From the NCBI GenBank assembly GCA_964016885.1, contig OZ024741.1, positions 80,352,001 to 80,416,000 of the forward strand: a stretch of DNA of 64,000 bases, in the 5' to 3' direction. The DNA comes from Eledone cirrhosa (taxonomy: Eukaryota). A program made the translations under genes and the position numbers. A model generated the notes under the pieces. That model searched no databases. It had not been told where the DNA came from and saw only the letters and a program-made list of their open reading frames with translations. Shown piece by piece: positions 39,441 to 53,430 of this stretch; positions within the stretch are counted from its first letter, which is position 1, and each line of letters starts with the position of its first letter.

Positions 39441-40988
39441 TACACCTCCCTTCAACTTTTCAAACTTGCTGCCATTGGTGTGTTTTATGCCATTAGGTTC
39501 GTTCCCATACCTCATTTTTAATTATACAAATTATACAGACCAAAAACTCTTTTCTATTAGTAAATTATTAACTGATTGAGCAGCATTAATTACATAGTAC
39601 TATGCTGATGAGGACTGAAACATCCTAAAAATGTAAATGCACTCTGAGAGTTTGTTTCTTAATTTCTAGAAATTATCTCCCTTTCCTTTGACATTCACTC
39701 TAACAATTACTCTCAGGTTTTAAATAATGCAACACCATTAAATTTTGCTAATCTATCTCTGGCGAAATTTTATTGTAAGTGATTCATATCGATACAGCAG
39801 CTGGATAATCTAATAATTATTTTATTTTACATTAAAAAAAAACATTATATATATGACAAAAAAGAACATTACAAGAAATCCCATATTTCCCAATGTACAG
39901 TATACAATTATCAATATCGCCCCGCCCCCTCATTTATTACACACGCACACACCGCCTATAAGAATTTAAGCAAATGTCTACCACCACCACCACCCTTTTT
40001 TATTTGGGACCCGAGAGTACTATCATTTTTTTCTTCTTCTCCAACTGTGTTGAATTTAAGTTAATTAAAAATGTATTGCATATGCTGACCTCTATTGTCA
40101 AACAAATAAAATAAAATAACATTAATGAAACAATGAAAGATGCTCGTAATATGTGCTCTAAGAAGATACTGTTGGCGTTTCAGACAATGTCTTCATTTAT
40201 TTATTTATTTTGCATAGTAGACATTGGTGTAAGGGGAGACTACTTGGTTAAACATCAATATGTCAGGCTATTTCTGTCAATGTACCGGTTTTTGTTTACT
40301 CAACACTGATATAAACACAAACGCCTATATATTTATACACACTCACATATACTGGTCAAAGTAAGGTCATCATAGATATATGTGTGTGTGTATTATAGAG
40401 CCGATGTATGATTAAAGGTGTTCTAGCCATGACTATTCTCTGCCCTTCCTCCAACCATTGTATTCAATGAGTCATTTTTGCCTATTGCTGTTTCGATGTA
40501 GGTCAATCCCGAAAGAGTAAAAATATCTTGAAAGGTGTTTAAATTGTGACTATCTGCTACATTATCCAAAATCTTGTTTTGTGTGTGTGATTTCATTGTC
40601 ATCATTCTTAAGCCTGCTTTTCCCACACTGGCAATGGCTTGATGAGTTGTATCCTATGGTTGGATGTTCTTCCTGATGCCAGTCTGTATTTTTTAGTAAG
40701 GTACATATTCTAATTTTCATCCATTGAACTTCTAACTACAAAACCTAAACAAAGGCACCAGTTTTTTAACTGGTACCAACACTGAGATAGATGCAAAAAC
40801 AACACACACATACAGATATGTGTTTTTGAAGTTTCTGCCCATTAAATTTCACTCAGCTCAAAGCTGTAGTAGAAGACACTTGTCCAAGGTGTCACGCAAT
40901 GGGATAGAACTAAAAAACATGGTGATTACAAAGCGAATTTGTTAGCCACACAGACATACCTGCACTCACTGTATCTGTATTGTTTTAA

Positions 40989-41957
<969 letters not shown>

Positions 41958-42017
41958 TTAAAATATGGCATAAGTTAAGATATGACAAACATGTTTAGGA
42001 TATGACATATATTGTTA

Positions 42018-42197
42018 TTGGCAGTATCGGTAGAGGGTCAGACACCATGCTTTCCAGCATAGTTACGTCCCTTTACGATCTGAGTTCAAAATCCCGCCGA
42101 GGTTGACTTTGCCTTTCATCCTTACGGGGTCGATAAAATAAAGTACCAGTAATGCACTGGGTAATTGCTGGCCTTGTGCCTAAAGTAGAAACAGTTA
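42018..42197 (+). mobile_element. Nin-domain-type tRNA SINE (young copy)
   Basis: gaggttgactttgcctttcatccttacggggtcgataaaataaagtaccag core preceded by tRNA-like A/B boxes. Confidence 0.8.
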
Positions 42198-42357
42198 AAT
42201 TATATGACATAATGGGTTATTTCATGTATGATTTAGTTGTTTTGAAGTATGACAGAAGTTATTTCAGTTATGTCATAAGTTATTTTGTGTAACATGACAG
42301 AACATTATCATTGCCATATGAAATATATGTAATGTATGATGAAATTTGATTTTTCAG

Positions 42358-42484
42358 TGGTGGTTGGAACTGTACATTCTGTGAAGATCCTGAAATAATT
42401 GACGAACCAACTTTAAATGATTACCTTGTAAGTGGTGGAACAAAACGGAAAGTTCCAACAGGGTTGCATGGCAAAGAACTCAAG
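42358..42484 (+). CDS. TIF1-family exon: end of PHD and PHD-bromo linker, (S)GGWNCTFCEDPEIIDEPTLNDYLVSGGTKRKVPTGLHGKELK
   Basis: Acceptor ttgatttttcag, donor AAG|gtgagt. The phase-2 start completes a Ser codon with the AG of the previous exon and supplies the WxCxxC end of the PHD. Confidence 0.93.
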
Positions 42485-44491
42485 GTGAGTGTTTGACCCC
42501 CTGCCCCATTTTTCCTCCCCTACTGTTTAATCAGAGAGGGAAGTGTTATACCCATGACCATTTTCAGTGTCTCAATGACTGGTACGAGGGGGGTATCCTG
42601 AAATCAAATATCTGGCCCTAATGCTTGCAACAGAGTGACCAAGTGATCTCTGCTAGACACCCAAAATCCCAGTGGTGGTGTTAAACTGGGTGACAAATTA
42701 AGTCTACCATCCAAGTAGATTACCCCAGGATTTGAAGTCAGTATGCAAAGAACTGGAAAATATATTACAAGGCATCTTGTCTGCTGAAATGGATTCGTTC
42801 ATTCTGGACTGATACTTTATGCCTGATCAAACTGAGTTTCTTATCAAAGGTATTCTAACTATAACCATCCTGTCTTTTTATTTGATGTGTGTGTGTGTTG
42901 TTTTTGTTTTGTTTTGTTTTTCTCGTTAAGATAATAGGAAGTGATATGAAAGATATTTAGTTGGCATTTCAAGTAGGGTGATTTGAGAGGGGTTTGGCCA
43001 CTATTTCTAGCAGGTCAAGCAACAACAATATTTGTAATTCTAAGTGAGAATGTATCAGTTCAAAGTGAAAATAACAATGTCCAAGTGCACACATGTTGGG
43101 GAATATAATATAAACAAAAGAAAATGGAAAGCCCCTCTCCTTTTTTAATCACAATCATAATGATTAGTTTTCTATGGATTTATTGCTTTGATAAAATCTG
43201 ATAGAATGTACACCTTCTAAAATCCTAACACAAGTTTATTTTCTAGGCACAGTGCAACACCTAATTGTTTAAGAGTTAAGCTGTTTATTCTTTGGAGTGT
43301 TTTTATAATGCCTAGACAATGTCAAATCAACATTGAACAAAGTTAACACAAGTGTCTAACATTGCTTGTAGTCACCTCATAGATTTACTTACACCTGAAA
43401 ATACTAGAAAATATTACAATCACTAGTTTTTTCCCTCATTATTTGGCTGATAAAAACTTATAGTTAACTAGGCAAGTTCACATTGTTGACATTACAAATT
43501 ATGCTACAATGTTATTTTATGCTCATTTTGTCTCTCAAAATTTCAGTCAAATCTCTTTGTGTTAATCTCATTTTGAAGTCCTTAATCTCACTTTGAATTG
43601 GAAAGGTCTCACTTTGAAATGGTATGTCCTCAGAATGACAAATCCTGTACATAACACCCCTCTTGTATGCACGTCTGATGAGTTAAAGGGAGGAGAGTCA
43701 GTGCCCATGATTTATGCATCTCTCCCCTTCCAAAATGTGTTACCTTATGATAAATGATACAATGAATATTTTGGTTGTTATCTAACCTTTGATTGAACCT
43801 CTTGTCACAACCATGACCACCCTGTCTGCTTTTCAGGCGTAGTTGACTTACAATTATACAGTGCATTTGTCCATTTTTAATATAGTAAGGTGAAATTTGA
43901 TGAAGATTTAGCAAGTTAAGCACTGCCAGAAGCTTCCCAGTTCTCTTACTACTGTTGCTCTTATTTAACCCCAGGTCAGCCTTGATTGAGAGTTGTTAGA
44001 ATGTTGGATAGAATGTTTTGCAGCATTCGTTCCAGCTCTCTGTTTTCAAATCCTGCTGAGGTCAACTTTGCCATTTATCCTTTCAAAGTTGATAAAAAAG
44101 AAGTACCAATCAAATACTGAGTCAATTCTTTCTCACTCCCCTCTCTTAACTGGAAGAAATTAGTTTTGTTCCAGTTTGGAGAGAGGGATGGGCTCCTCTA
44201 GGTTTAAAGTGACGACATAGAGCAGTGGTCCCAACCTTTCCAAGAACCCCTTTTATTTAAATGGCTTTCCTCCAGTACTTCCCCCACCAGATTGTTATAC
44301 AATGAGAATAACAATTGAAAGAAAGAAATATTTACTCAGAGAAGAACAGATACCCAATAGCATGTGCATATGTTTTACACAAAGTACTTTAAATTTTGAT
44401 CAGCTCTTAAACTCTTTAGAAGTCCATGGACCCCAAATTGGGAACCACTGATAGGCTAATGTATGTCATGTCTTTTTTCTGTACCTTTCAG

Positions 44492-44566
44492 GTGTGTGAA
44501 CGGGTTCTTCTTGAGCTGTTCTGCCACAGTGCCAGCACTGCATTCCATGAACCAGTGAGTAAAGCT
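44492..44566 (+). CDS. TIF1-family exon: bromodomain start, VCERVLLELFCHSASTAFHEPVSKA
   Basis: Acceptor ttttttctgtacctttcag, donor GCT|gtaagt; matches TRIM24/33 KCERLLLxLxCHExSxxFQxPV. Confidence 0.93.
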
Positions 44567-44589
44567 GTAAGTATTTTCACTGCAAGGAA

Positions 44590-44880
44590 ATGCTGCTACT
44601 ACTTCTATTAATGCTTTGTTACTACTGCTACTACTTCTATTAATGCTTTGTTATTACTGCTACTACTTCTATTAATGCTTTGTTATTACTGCTACTACTA
44701 CCACTGCTGCCACTAATACTAATGCTTCCACTACTAGTACTAATACCACTGCTTTCCCTACTAGTACCACTGCTGCCGCTACTACTAATACTACTGCTTC
44801 CACTACTACTACTACTAGTACTAATACCATTGCTTCCACTACTAATACTAATATCATTGGTACCATTACTAATACTAAGT
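44590..44880. repeat. 33-bp tandem repeat (x3) running into an (ACT)n-rich tract
   Basis: ctactacttctattaatgctttgtta repeated three times just after the 44566 donor. Confidence 0.85.
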
Positions 44881-45165
44881 CCAGTTTCCTTTAAGCCTAA
44901 TCTCCTTGTAATAGTTATATAACTTGATTGTTTTCATTTGTATATTATCAAATACTAAATCTACCTTTCTTACAAACAAATCCAAATTTTCTGTATCATG
45001 TAAAACACTCAATTGATTTCATTTTTTTCCAAATACTTATTCTTTTATTGTAGTATATTTATTTGTAGAAATCTCATTTAGGATTAAGATTTATCTGTAA
45101 TATATATTTACTTTCTCTTCTTTCACCCTCTTACCCTTGTTCTACCATTGCTCTCTCTCTCTCTT

Positions 45166-45587
45166 ATAATAATAATGAAATTATTGTGTAAAGTGCTCAG
45201 GTGCACTACAACTCATCAAAGGTGCATGTATAGTACATAGAATAATATACAAATGTCAGGGAAGTGAATAGTGTATGAGTCATGATATACATGTGTGTAT
45301 GTGTATGGAGGGGGAATATTAGGTGTAGTGTTGGCGAATCTCAGGAAGCATGGAGGTTTTAAAGGAGGCAGTGTCTTGACATCTAGTAACTGATGCAGGT
45401 AGTTTGTTCCATGCTTCAGCAACTCTGAGCGTGAAAAATGTTTCAAAAAGTCATGGGAACTGTGTTGTTTTCTGACTTTGTGGGCATGCCCACGTGTGTT
45501 AGACACATGGAAATCAAAAAGGTACTCAGGGTTGTTGTTGGCAAGATGGTTAATAATTTTGTGGGTGTTTACCAAGTAAGTTGCCAG
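45166..45587 (-). mobile_element. CR1-type LINE 3' fragment
   Basis: Near-identical to 33842-34262; a shorter copy lies at about 46230-46415. Confidence 0.85.
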
Positions 45588-45644
45588 ATGTCTTGTTCGT
45601 GTTACCTTGAAAGAATGTTGACAAAGTAGAGTAGTGAGGCCTCA

Positions 45645-46095
45645 TTAGTCTTGTGGAGTACATAACTAGTGCTGGTGATATACAATGTACTCAGTACACT
45701 TTATCTTGTAGAGTACATGACATCATCACTAGTGCTGGTAACATGATACAATGTACTCTACGCTTTAGTTTTGTAGAAAGGCAACATCACTGGTGCTGGT
45801 GCCATGATACAATGTACGCTTTAGTCTTGTAGAGTGCATGGCAGCATAACTAGTGCTGGTGCCATGATACAATGTACTCAGTACATTTTAGTCTTGTAGA
45901 GTACATGGCATCATAACTAGTGCTGGTGATATACAATGCACTCAGTATACTTCAGTCTTGTAGAGTACACGGCAATATCTCTAGTGCTGGAAATATGATA
46001 CAGTGTACTCAGTACACTTTAGTCTTGTAGAATACATGACAACATCTCTAGTGTTAGTGACATGATAGAATACACCAAGTACACTGTAAAGTGGT
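45645..46095. repeat. Minisatellite, about 7 units of 56-67 bp
   Basis: Unit approximately ttagtcttgtagagtacatggca.cataactagtgctggtg.catgatacaatgtactcagtacact. Confidence 0.9.
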
Positions 46096-46823
46096 CAGCA
46101 AACAAACAGTGATAAATAAAAGTTTATGTCAATATCTCTAGAGGTAGTGCCATGGCAAAAACGCTTCAGTTTAAGAACCTTTTGTTATGTTACAAAAACT
46201 AATATTGAAATAATTAATAGTTTAAAAAAATAATAATGAAATTATTGTGTAGAGTGCTCAGGTGCACTACAACTCATCAAAGGTGCATGTATAGTACATA
46301 AAATAATGTACTAATGTCAGGAAAGTGAACAGTGTATGAGTCATGTGAACAGTGTATGAGTCATGATATGCATGTGTATGTAGGGGTGGATACCAGGTGT
46401 AGTGTCGGCGAATTTCTTCAAATTCTTTCATTTTATTAGAAATATGGAAATGAAAGTGTTAGTTTGTTTTCAGCCTAAAAGGTTCATTATGCCATATCTC
46501 GGTTTTGTGAGGTGTTAATTGATTGAGAGTCCTAAGCAGGACTTTAGTCTGTCACCTGCTGATATTCATAGTTTTTCAACTGTGGACTGCAGCAATAAGA
46601 AATCCTTGCTCAGGGATACAATGTGCTGCCCAGTCCATTGATGAGTCAAAACACCCTAACTACTATACATCCCTGAGATAAAACATCCTAACTGCTAGGA
46701 TGCAAGCCATCAGTGATAGATTAACTTCACCCCACCCCCAAAATATTTGTCACGAGGTGAGCAGGATGATAGGATCCCACTTGAAACTAATGAAAAGTGT
46801 GCTGTTGGGAGTTTTGTGATTAA

Positions 46824-47005
46824 CCCTTTAGCATTCACATTACTCTATATTTACTATTGTATTTTCATGGTAAACACTTTATCTCACATAATATCAAATC
46901 TATGAGATTTTGAGAACAATACCTTAGTATAAGTATGAGTAGCCAGTTATGGCTGGTTTGAACAGAAAGAGTTAAGAGAATTCTGGCCGGATATGGCTGG
47001 GTTAA
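46824..47005. mobile_element. piggyBac-like MITE, inverted relative to 41749-41957
   Basis: TTAA-ccctttagcatt start; internal ttgagaacaatacctta and agagaattctggc are reverse complements of the first copy. Confidence 0.65.
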
Positions 47006-47458
47006 AGCCTTATAACATATTTCTCATTTTTCATTTTGTACAAGAGCCACTGCCAAAATGGTTACAACTCATCTCTCTTCTCTTAAAAAAAAGGCCCTGC
47101 TTGACACTTACACTTCAGCGTTAATATTTTCATGTCAAACTTATCTTATTTTTTATGAACTCCATTCTCTATTCTTTTTTTTTTTTTATTGCTTTTATCA
47201 CCAATTTAAATCTTCATCTTAATCTCATTTTTAAAAAGGAACTGAAAAAAAATTATAATTTTAGTGTTATTTATTTTTAGCTTTTTATAGTTTTTTTTTT
47301 ATAGTCGTTTCTCATCTCCTTTGCGAGGTCCAGAATACTAAGATCAGATTTCTCTACTTTTTCACCATTATAATTTGATCTTGTGTTTATTTACTAAGTT
47401 GCATCAGTTGAGTAATTGTATTGATTTGCTTGTAATAATTATTTTTTTGTTCTTTCAG

Positions 47459-47611
47459 GTTCCTAACTACTATAGAATTATCACAAATCCAATGGATTTC
47501 ACGACGATTAAATACAAACTCTCTCGACAACATTTCAACCATTACAAAGACGTTGAACGCTTCGTCGCAGATATCAAATTAGTTTTCAAGAATTGCTCAC
47601 TGTATAATTCC
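47459..47611 (+). CDS. TIF1-family exon: bromodomain core, VPNYYRIITNPMDFTTIKYKLSRQHFNHYKDVERFVADIKLVFKNCSLYNS
   Basis: Acceptor tttttttgttctttcag, donor TCC|gtaagt; PxYYxIIxxPMD and NCxxYN motifs, with the acetyl-lysine-binding Asn retained. Confidence 0.95.
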
Positions 47612-48519
47612 GTAAGTGTCTTCATAATGTTGTTGCTGTTTTTTTCATTTTCTTTTCTACTGTTGTTCTGCTGTATAAATAAGTACAAGGAGAGTGAAGT
47701 ATAGCAATTAAGTGGATGTGGAATAACTTCGTAAACCCAAACTCCTCTTAACCTGATTTTTTTTATCCCAGTTGAATCCACTTCACTTCAGCTGGTGAAG
47801 TGTGTTACTAGTGTAGTAAGAGAACTAAAAGAATCAGAATCAATGATTTTATATCCACTTTTCCCATACTAGCAGAAGTTGGATAGGACCTTGTGTGGTA
47901 GTATACTATGGCCAGATGCCCTTCCCAATGCTAACCTATCCTTATTTTTAAATAAAGTACTTTTTTCCATTGGTTTTGCATGTCGAACCACTGAGCTGTA
48001 GTCTATTTAGAGGGACATAAGATCTTCTTTATCGGACACTGTTCAGTGTCCAATAAGGTGATTTTATTGCGATTTCTATCATGGGAAGCAGCCATAAAGA
48101 TGTTCCATAGAAGGTGGGGATGTTAGAATTGGTACCTTCATATGTTAGTTGCTTTTCTGTATTTAGGGTTCTGACTGAACCAGTTTGAATTTTCCTTCTA
48201 CCATTCTGAAGTGGTTATATTAAGTATGAGTTATGAGGTTGTGGTTAATATAACCAACCACAACCTCATGAAATGTGTGGCATTGTGCATCATCATCATT
48301 GTATGTCTGTTTTCCATGCTATCATAGGCTGGACAGGTTGTCACAGTCTGTGACCAAATGGATGGGAGCAACCTCAACCAGCTAATATGTTCCATATTTG
48401 CTAAGGTTTCTACAACTGGTTGCCAACTACCTTACTGAGTGTAATAGGAGTATTTTTTCGTGGCACCAACAATACCATTTTACAGAGTGTACCATGTGCT
48501 TATGTTTAAAAATTATGAT

Positions 48520-49205
48520 TTGGATTGGCAGAATTTTAGAGTGTCAGTCAAATGCTATGCAGCATTTGTTCTAGTTCTTTATGTTCTGGGGTTAATCAAG
48601 TACTGGATTTGATATAATGAACTATATTCCTCCCTTCAAATTGTTGGAAGACAGGCATAAATTGAAGCTAATTACGATTATAAAGTATTGAAGATTATCA
48701 AAATCATTAAAGTGCTTGATAAATACGTGGCATTGATGTCAACTTTGCCTATCATCATTTCAAAGTCAATAAAATAAAGTACTTGTAATTTATTGGTGTC
48801 AGTGCAATCAGCTCTACTACCACTTACATATACTGACCTTTACCAATGTACGAAATCATTGTTCTTTTTGATGGGGAGGGGGAAGTTAATTTGCTGGTTG
48901 GGCAAGGTTCGGAACTCTTTAATATATATATATATATATGCAAAAGACAAACAGAAATAACAAAGCCATCGGCACAGTACACACACACATATATATATGG
49001 CCAACTGAATATGCATATGTGGGTCTTTTTTTTTTCTCGTTTTCCCCGTTCCTTCTTCTCATCACTCTTTACTTCTATTTATCTTCTATTTCTAACTCTA
49101 TCGTTTGATGAAGGACTAGTGTCCAAAACATCAAGAGACTCCTCCTGCTATTTCAAGCATTAAACTAATATATTTCTGCCATGTTTTGTTATTTTTGTTA
49201 TTTCT

Positions 49206-49251
<46 letters not shown>

Positions 49252-52200
49252 CACACATTATTAAAAGATATGTTGTTGTTTTTTTTCTTCTTGGTATTGT
49301 TTCAGGATTCTTCTGAAGTTGGCAAAGCTGGTAAAACAATGGAAGCCTACTTTCAAGAGCTGGTGAAAAAATACCTTCCATGTTATACAGCACTGCTCTA
49401 TCGAGAGCTGAAAGTCTATGAGGACAATTCCCCTGATTCCAATGTGAAACGAATTCGGACTGATGAGATGCCATCTTCTTCTTCTCCTTGTCTCTTGTAA
49501 CAAACACATAACAAAATTGGTTGGGATGGTTGGGGGAGGGGGTACGATAGAAATATGAAAGAAGGCAAAAAAGAATGACTGATAAGGCATTAAAATCCAC
49601 AACCACTAACACATCAACAACAAAATGAGAAAATAAACAAGAAAAAATTTGATAATTTGGATTCTTCTGGAAGGCTGGGTTTTTTGTTTTTGATTTTTTT
49701 AGGTGTGTTTTTATTTATATAATAAATGTGTGTGTGTGTGTGTATATATATATAATATATACACATGCATACATGTGTATATGTATGTATTCACTCACAC
49801 ATAAATATCAACTACAGCTGCCCTCGTTGAAGTTGACTATGCCTGATTACCACTGCCACTACTACTACTACTACTCAACTCATTAACACTTTCTCTTCTC
49901 TCTCTATCTATATATATGTGCGTATGTATATCATTCTTGTCTCGTTTTCTCTCTGGCAAGTTTTTCTCAAGGTCTTATCTGACCATCCAGCTTCATTTAA
50001 TAATACACTTATTCTCCTGCCTAAAGCCAATTGATTGGCAGGTTCATTAAAACATCAGACAAAATGCCTTGTGGTATTTAATTGTGGCCCTTGGTTCAAG
50101 CCACTTCAGTTCATTTACATCAGCCACTAATGCTCTGGGTGTAGATGTATGAATGTCACCAACCCAATCAACTGTTTCCATAAAGGCTTGCTCCTAGTCA
50201 AACGTAAACAATTATTATTATTATTATGCATGGCCTCTGGAATAGTGGAGTAGTTTGTTGTTATGTCCCTTTACGAGCTTAGTTCAAATCCTGTCCATGG
50301 TTGAGTGCTAATCAGTAGTATACTGATGGAGATTGGGAATTTATTACTTTTTATCAGTGCAGAAAATCCTTATTTAATATTTACCTTGCAGTATTCATTC
50401 TAGCTATCTGTGCATGTATTCAAGCTTGCTGAGGTCTACTTTACTGTTCATTCCTTTAGGGTCAATAAATTATGTACCAGTCCAGTTGCAGTGGATTGTC
50501 AGAATTGTTAAAGCATCACTCAAATAAGATACCCTGTGTATGTCTGGCTCTTTGTGTTTTGAATGCAAATCCCAGCTTGATGCTAATGATCAACAACATA
50601 GTTACTGAAGCTTCATCCAGCAGGCATTGAAAATAGCTCAGTAGAAAATTTCTTATGAGAGTGTGGAATAGTAGGAATGGCAGAGCTGGTTTAAATGTCT
50701 CATGATATTTCAGCTGTCTTGAGTTCAGTTCCCACTAGGATTGACTTTTTTATCCATCTCCCTTCTGGATTAATAAAATAAATAGTACTGTGTTATCAAT
50801 TATACACCTACCCTTCTGAAGTCAGTAAAGTATCAGTTAAATACTGAAGTCAATATAATTGACTATACACCTCTCCCAAATTTGAGGCCTTGTGCCTACA
50901 TTAGAAACAATTATTATTATGATCAAGGTGGTGGGTTAGCAGAATCATTAAAATGTCAGATAAAATGCCTTATGATATTTACTGCCATTTACATTCTGAT
51001 TTCAAATCCCACCAAATTAAACTTTGCATTTCATCCAGCTGGTCTTGATAAAATATAGTACCAGCCAAATCCTAGGTTCAATTTATTCAAAAGTTCCCTT
51101 CCCTAAAATGTTTGTCTTATGCCTATGTTAAAATTTTTTATTAAGGGTAGTGGATTAGAAAAATTGTTAGAACCTTGGACAACAAACCTTTCTGTATTTA
51201 ATTACACCTCTTTATATTCTGAGTTCATATCTACCATACTAGCTATGGAACATCGAACTAGTGATTTTCTTTTTAAAACGTATTTATTACTTTGATAATG
51301 ATTGACACTTGGAAATATGTTTGGGAGTGGGGGTGTATATACATCAACAATATATCTACATAGATATACATATGTACATACACACAAACACACATGTATG
51401 TATATGTCATTCAGATTATTTATCTCTATGTGAAAAACTGAAAGATAGCTAAGTGTAGTAAGTTATAGATCTTGGGTTCAAATCCACAGCTGGCATGTTT
51501 GTTGTACCATCTCTTTGAGAAGTATTCTCAAGCCTACCTTGTCACATTTCAGATATGTTGGTTCTTAAATAAATGATGTTGCAGGTCTTATAGGGATAAA
51601 GTTACCTATAGTAGACAAGCATCATATCCCAAGTGGTAGTGGTAGTTGTTTAAACCCAGGTCAACCTAATTGAGCATACCTGTGATGAAAGGCATTCCAG
51701 ACATGGCCATCTTTTGAAGGCTATCAAGTACTATATTATCTAATGCATCTTTCTATCTTTTGAGATGGTGAGATATAATCTGATGAAGGTTTGGCTGCTG
51801 TTTCTAGCAGTTTGAGTGATGATATAGACATTCTCTCTTTTGCTCATAAGAGTGAGGGTGATGGTGGAAAAATTCAATGGCATTTGCTAAATGTCAGAAA
51901 TGGTCTGATACTACATGTTTGATTCATTGGTCCCTTTCTATTTACCAACACTGCCACTACATTGTGGCTCATAGAGACATTATTGAATTAATTTATCCAT
52001 TTTCTAACACCTCTTCTCAGAGATTTATATTTCTGAAATCCATCCGTTGTCTTAGTGGTTTAAAACAAAGACACAGTAAGCAATATGGCTGGACACTGGT
52101 CAGCTTCAAGTATCAGCTGTATCACTTAGCTGTCGTCTTAATAGAGTCCACTACTTTTACATTATTATCATTACTAACATCATACCCTCTTACTGGTTTC

Positions 52201-52740
52201 AGTCATTCAGCTGTTGCCATGTTGGGGCACCATCTTCAACAGTTTAGTCAATTATATTGACTTTAGTACTTATTTAAGTTTGGTACTTATTTTATTGATC
52301 CTTATATTTCAAACTGCTAAGTTAGAGGAAATAAACAAATTGAGACAAATTGCTTCAAGTTATTTTTTCTATATGTTTTGTGTTCAAATCCAGCCAATGT
52401 CAACTTCACTTTTCATCCTTTTGGGGTTGATAAAACAAAGTACCAATCAAGTACTGAGGTCAGTTTAACTGACTGCCCCCTTACTCTAAATGTTTGGCCT
52501 TGTGCTAATATTAGAAAGAATTATTAGTATTGCTGTTGTTGTTATTATCATTATTATTAAGAAAGCAGAGAAGGATAATTAACCTTGCAGTATTTAGTTG
52601 CGATTTTCTTTCTTCCTTTTTTTTTCTTAACATATAGAGTTCAAATACTCCTTATATAGACTTTGTCATTCAATTTTTTGGGGTGTCAATAATATATATA
52701 TGTGCTGTTATATATACATATATATTTATAGGTGTGTGTG

Positions 52741-52782
<42 letters not shown>

Positions 52783-53366
52783 ACCAGTCAAATACTTGGT
52801 TCAATTTAATAGACTACCACCACCACCACCTTTTGGCTTTGTACCTGTGTTAGAAATGTTATTATTTGAATATACTACATCACCAAGTACTGGAGGATTG
52901 TCTTGTATTTTTCACAAGTTGACAAGGTTCAGAAAAAAACTTGACTTCTTTTATGTCTTTTTCTTCTTTCTTCTTTATACAGTCTATACAAGGCATTGTA
53001 TGTGAGAAGTGATGATAACTCTTTACTCTGTTTTGTTTTGTTTGGGATTTTTCTTTATTAATACTTTTTGTTGTCATTCTTAATTTGTTTTCTATATTTA
53101 CCTTCTGTGGTGGTGGGGAGAGAATATTGTGGATGTGCAGTGGTGATAAGTCCTTTCATTTGTCTTAACAAATTGTGGGTTGGTGTGTGTGTGGTCAGGA
53201 GAAACCTGAGTTCAAATTTCGCAATTTGGAAGTTTATTTATCGAAATGATTTGAAATCCTAAGTTGTGAAAATGATATTTAATTAATAAAAACCTTCGCA
53301 AAAGAAGCCTTTAATATAAGTAAATACCACAATATCCCACTTATATATATGTACATATATATATAT

Positions 53367-53430
<64 letters not shown>

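Noticed and set aside
44672-44922. Leu-rich and Val-rich ORFs resembling membrane peptides
   Set aside because: Translations of an (ACT)n low-complexity intronic tract.
45645-46095. CRISPR-like regularly spaced repeats
   Set aside because: No unique spacers, whole units are repeated, eukaryotic context and no cas genes; this is a minisatellite.
49486-49500. C-terminal CaaX prenylation motif (PCLL)
   Set aside because: The Cys is third from the end, not fourth.
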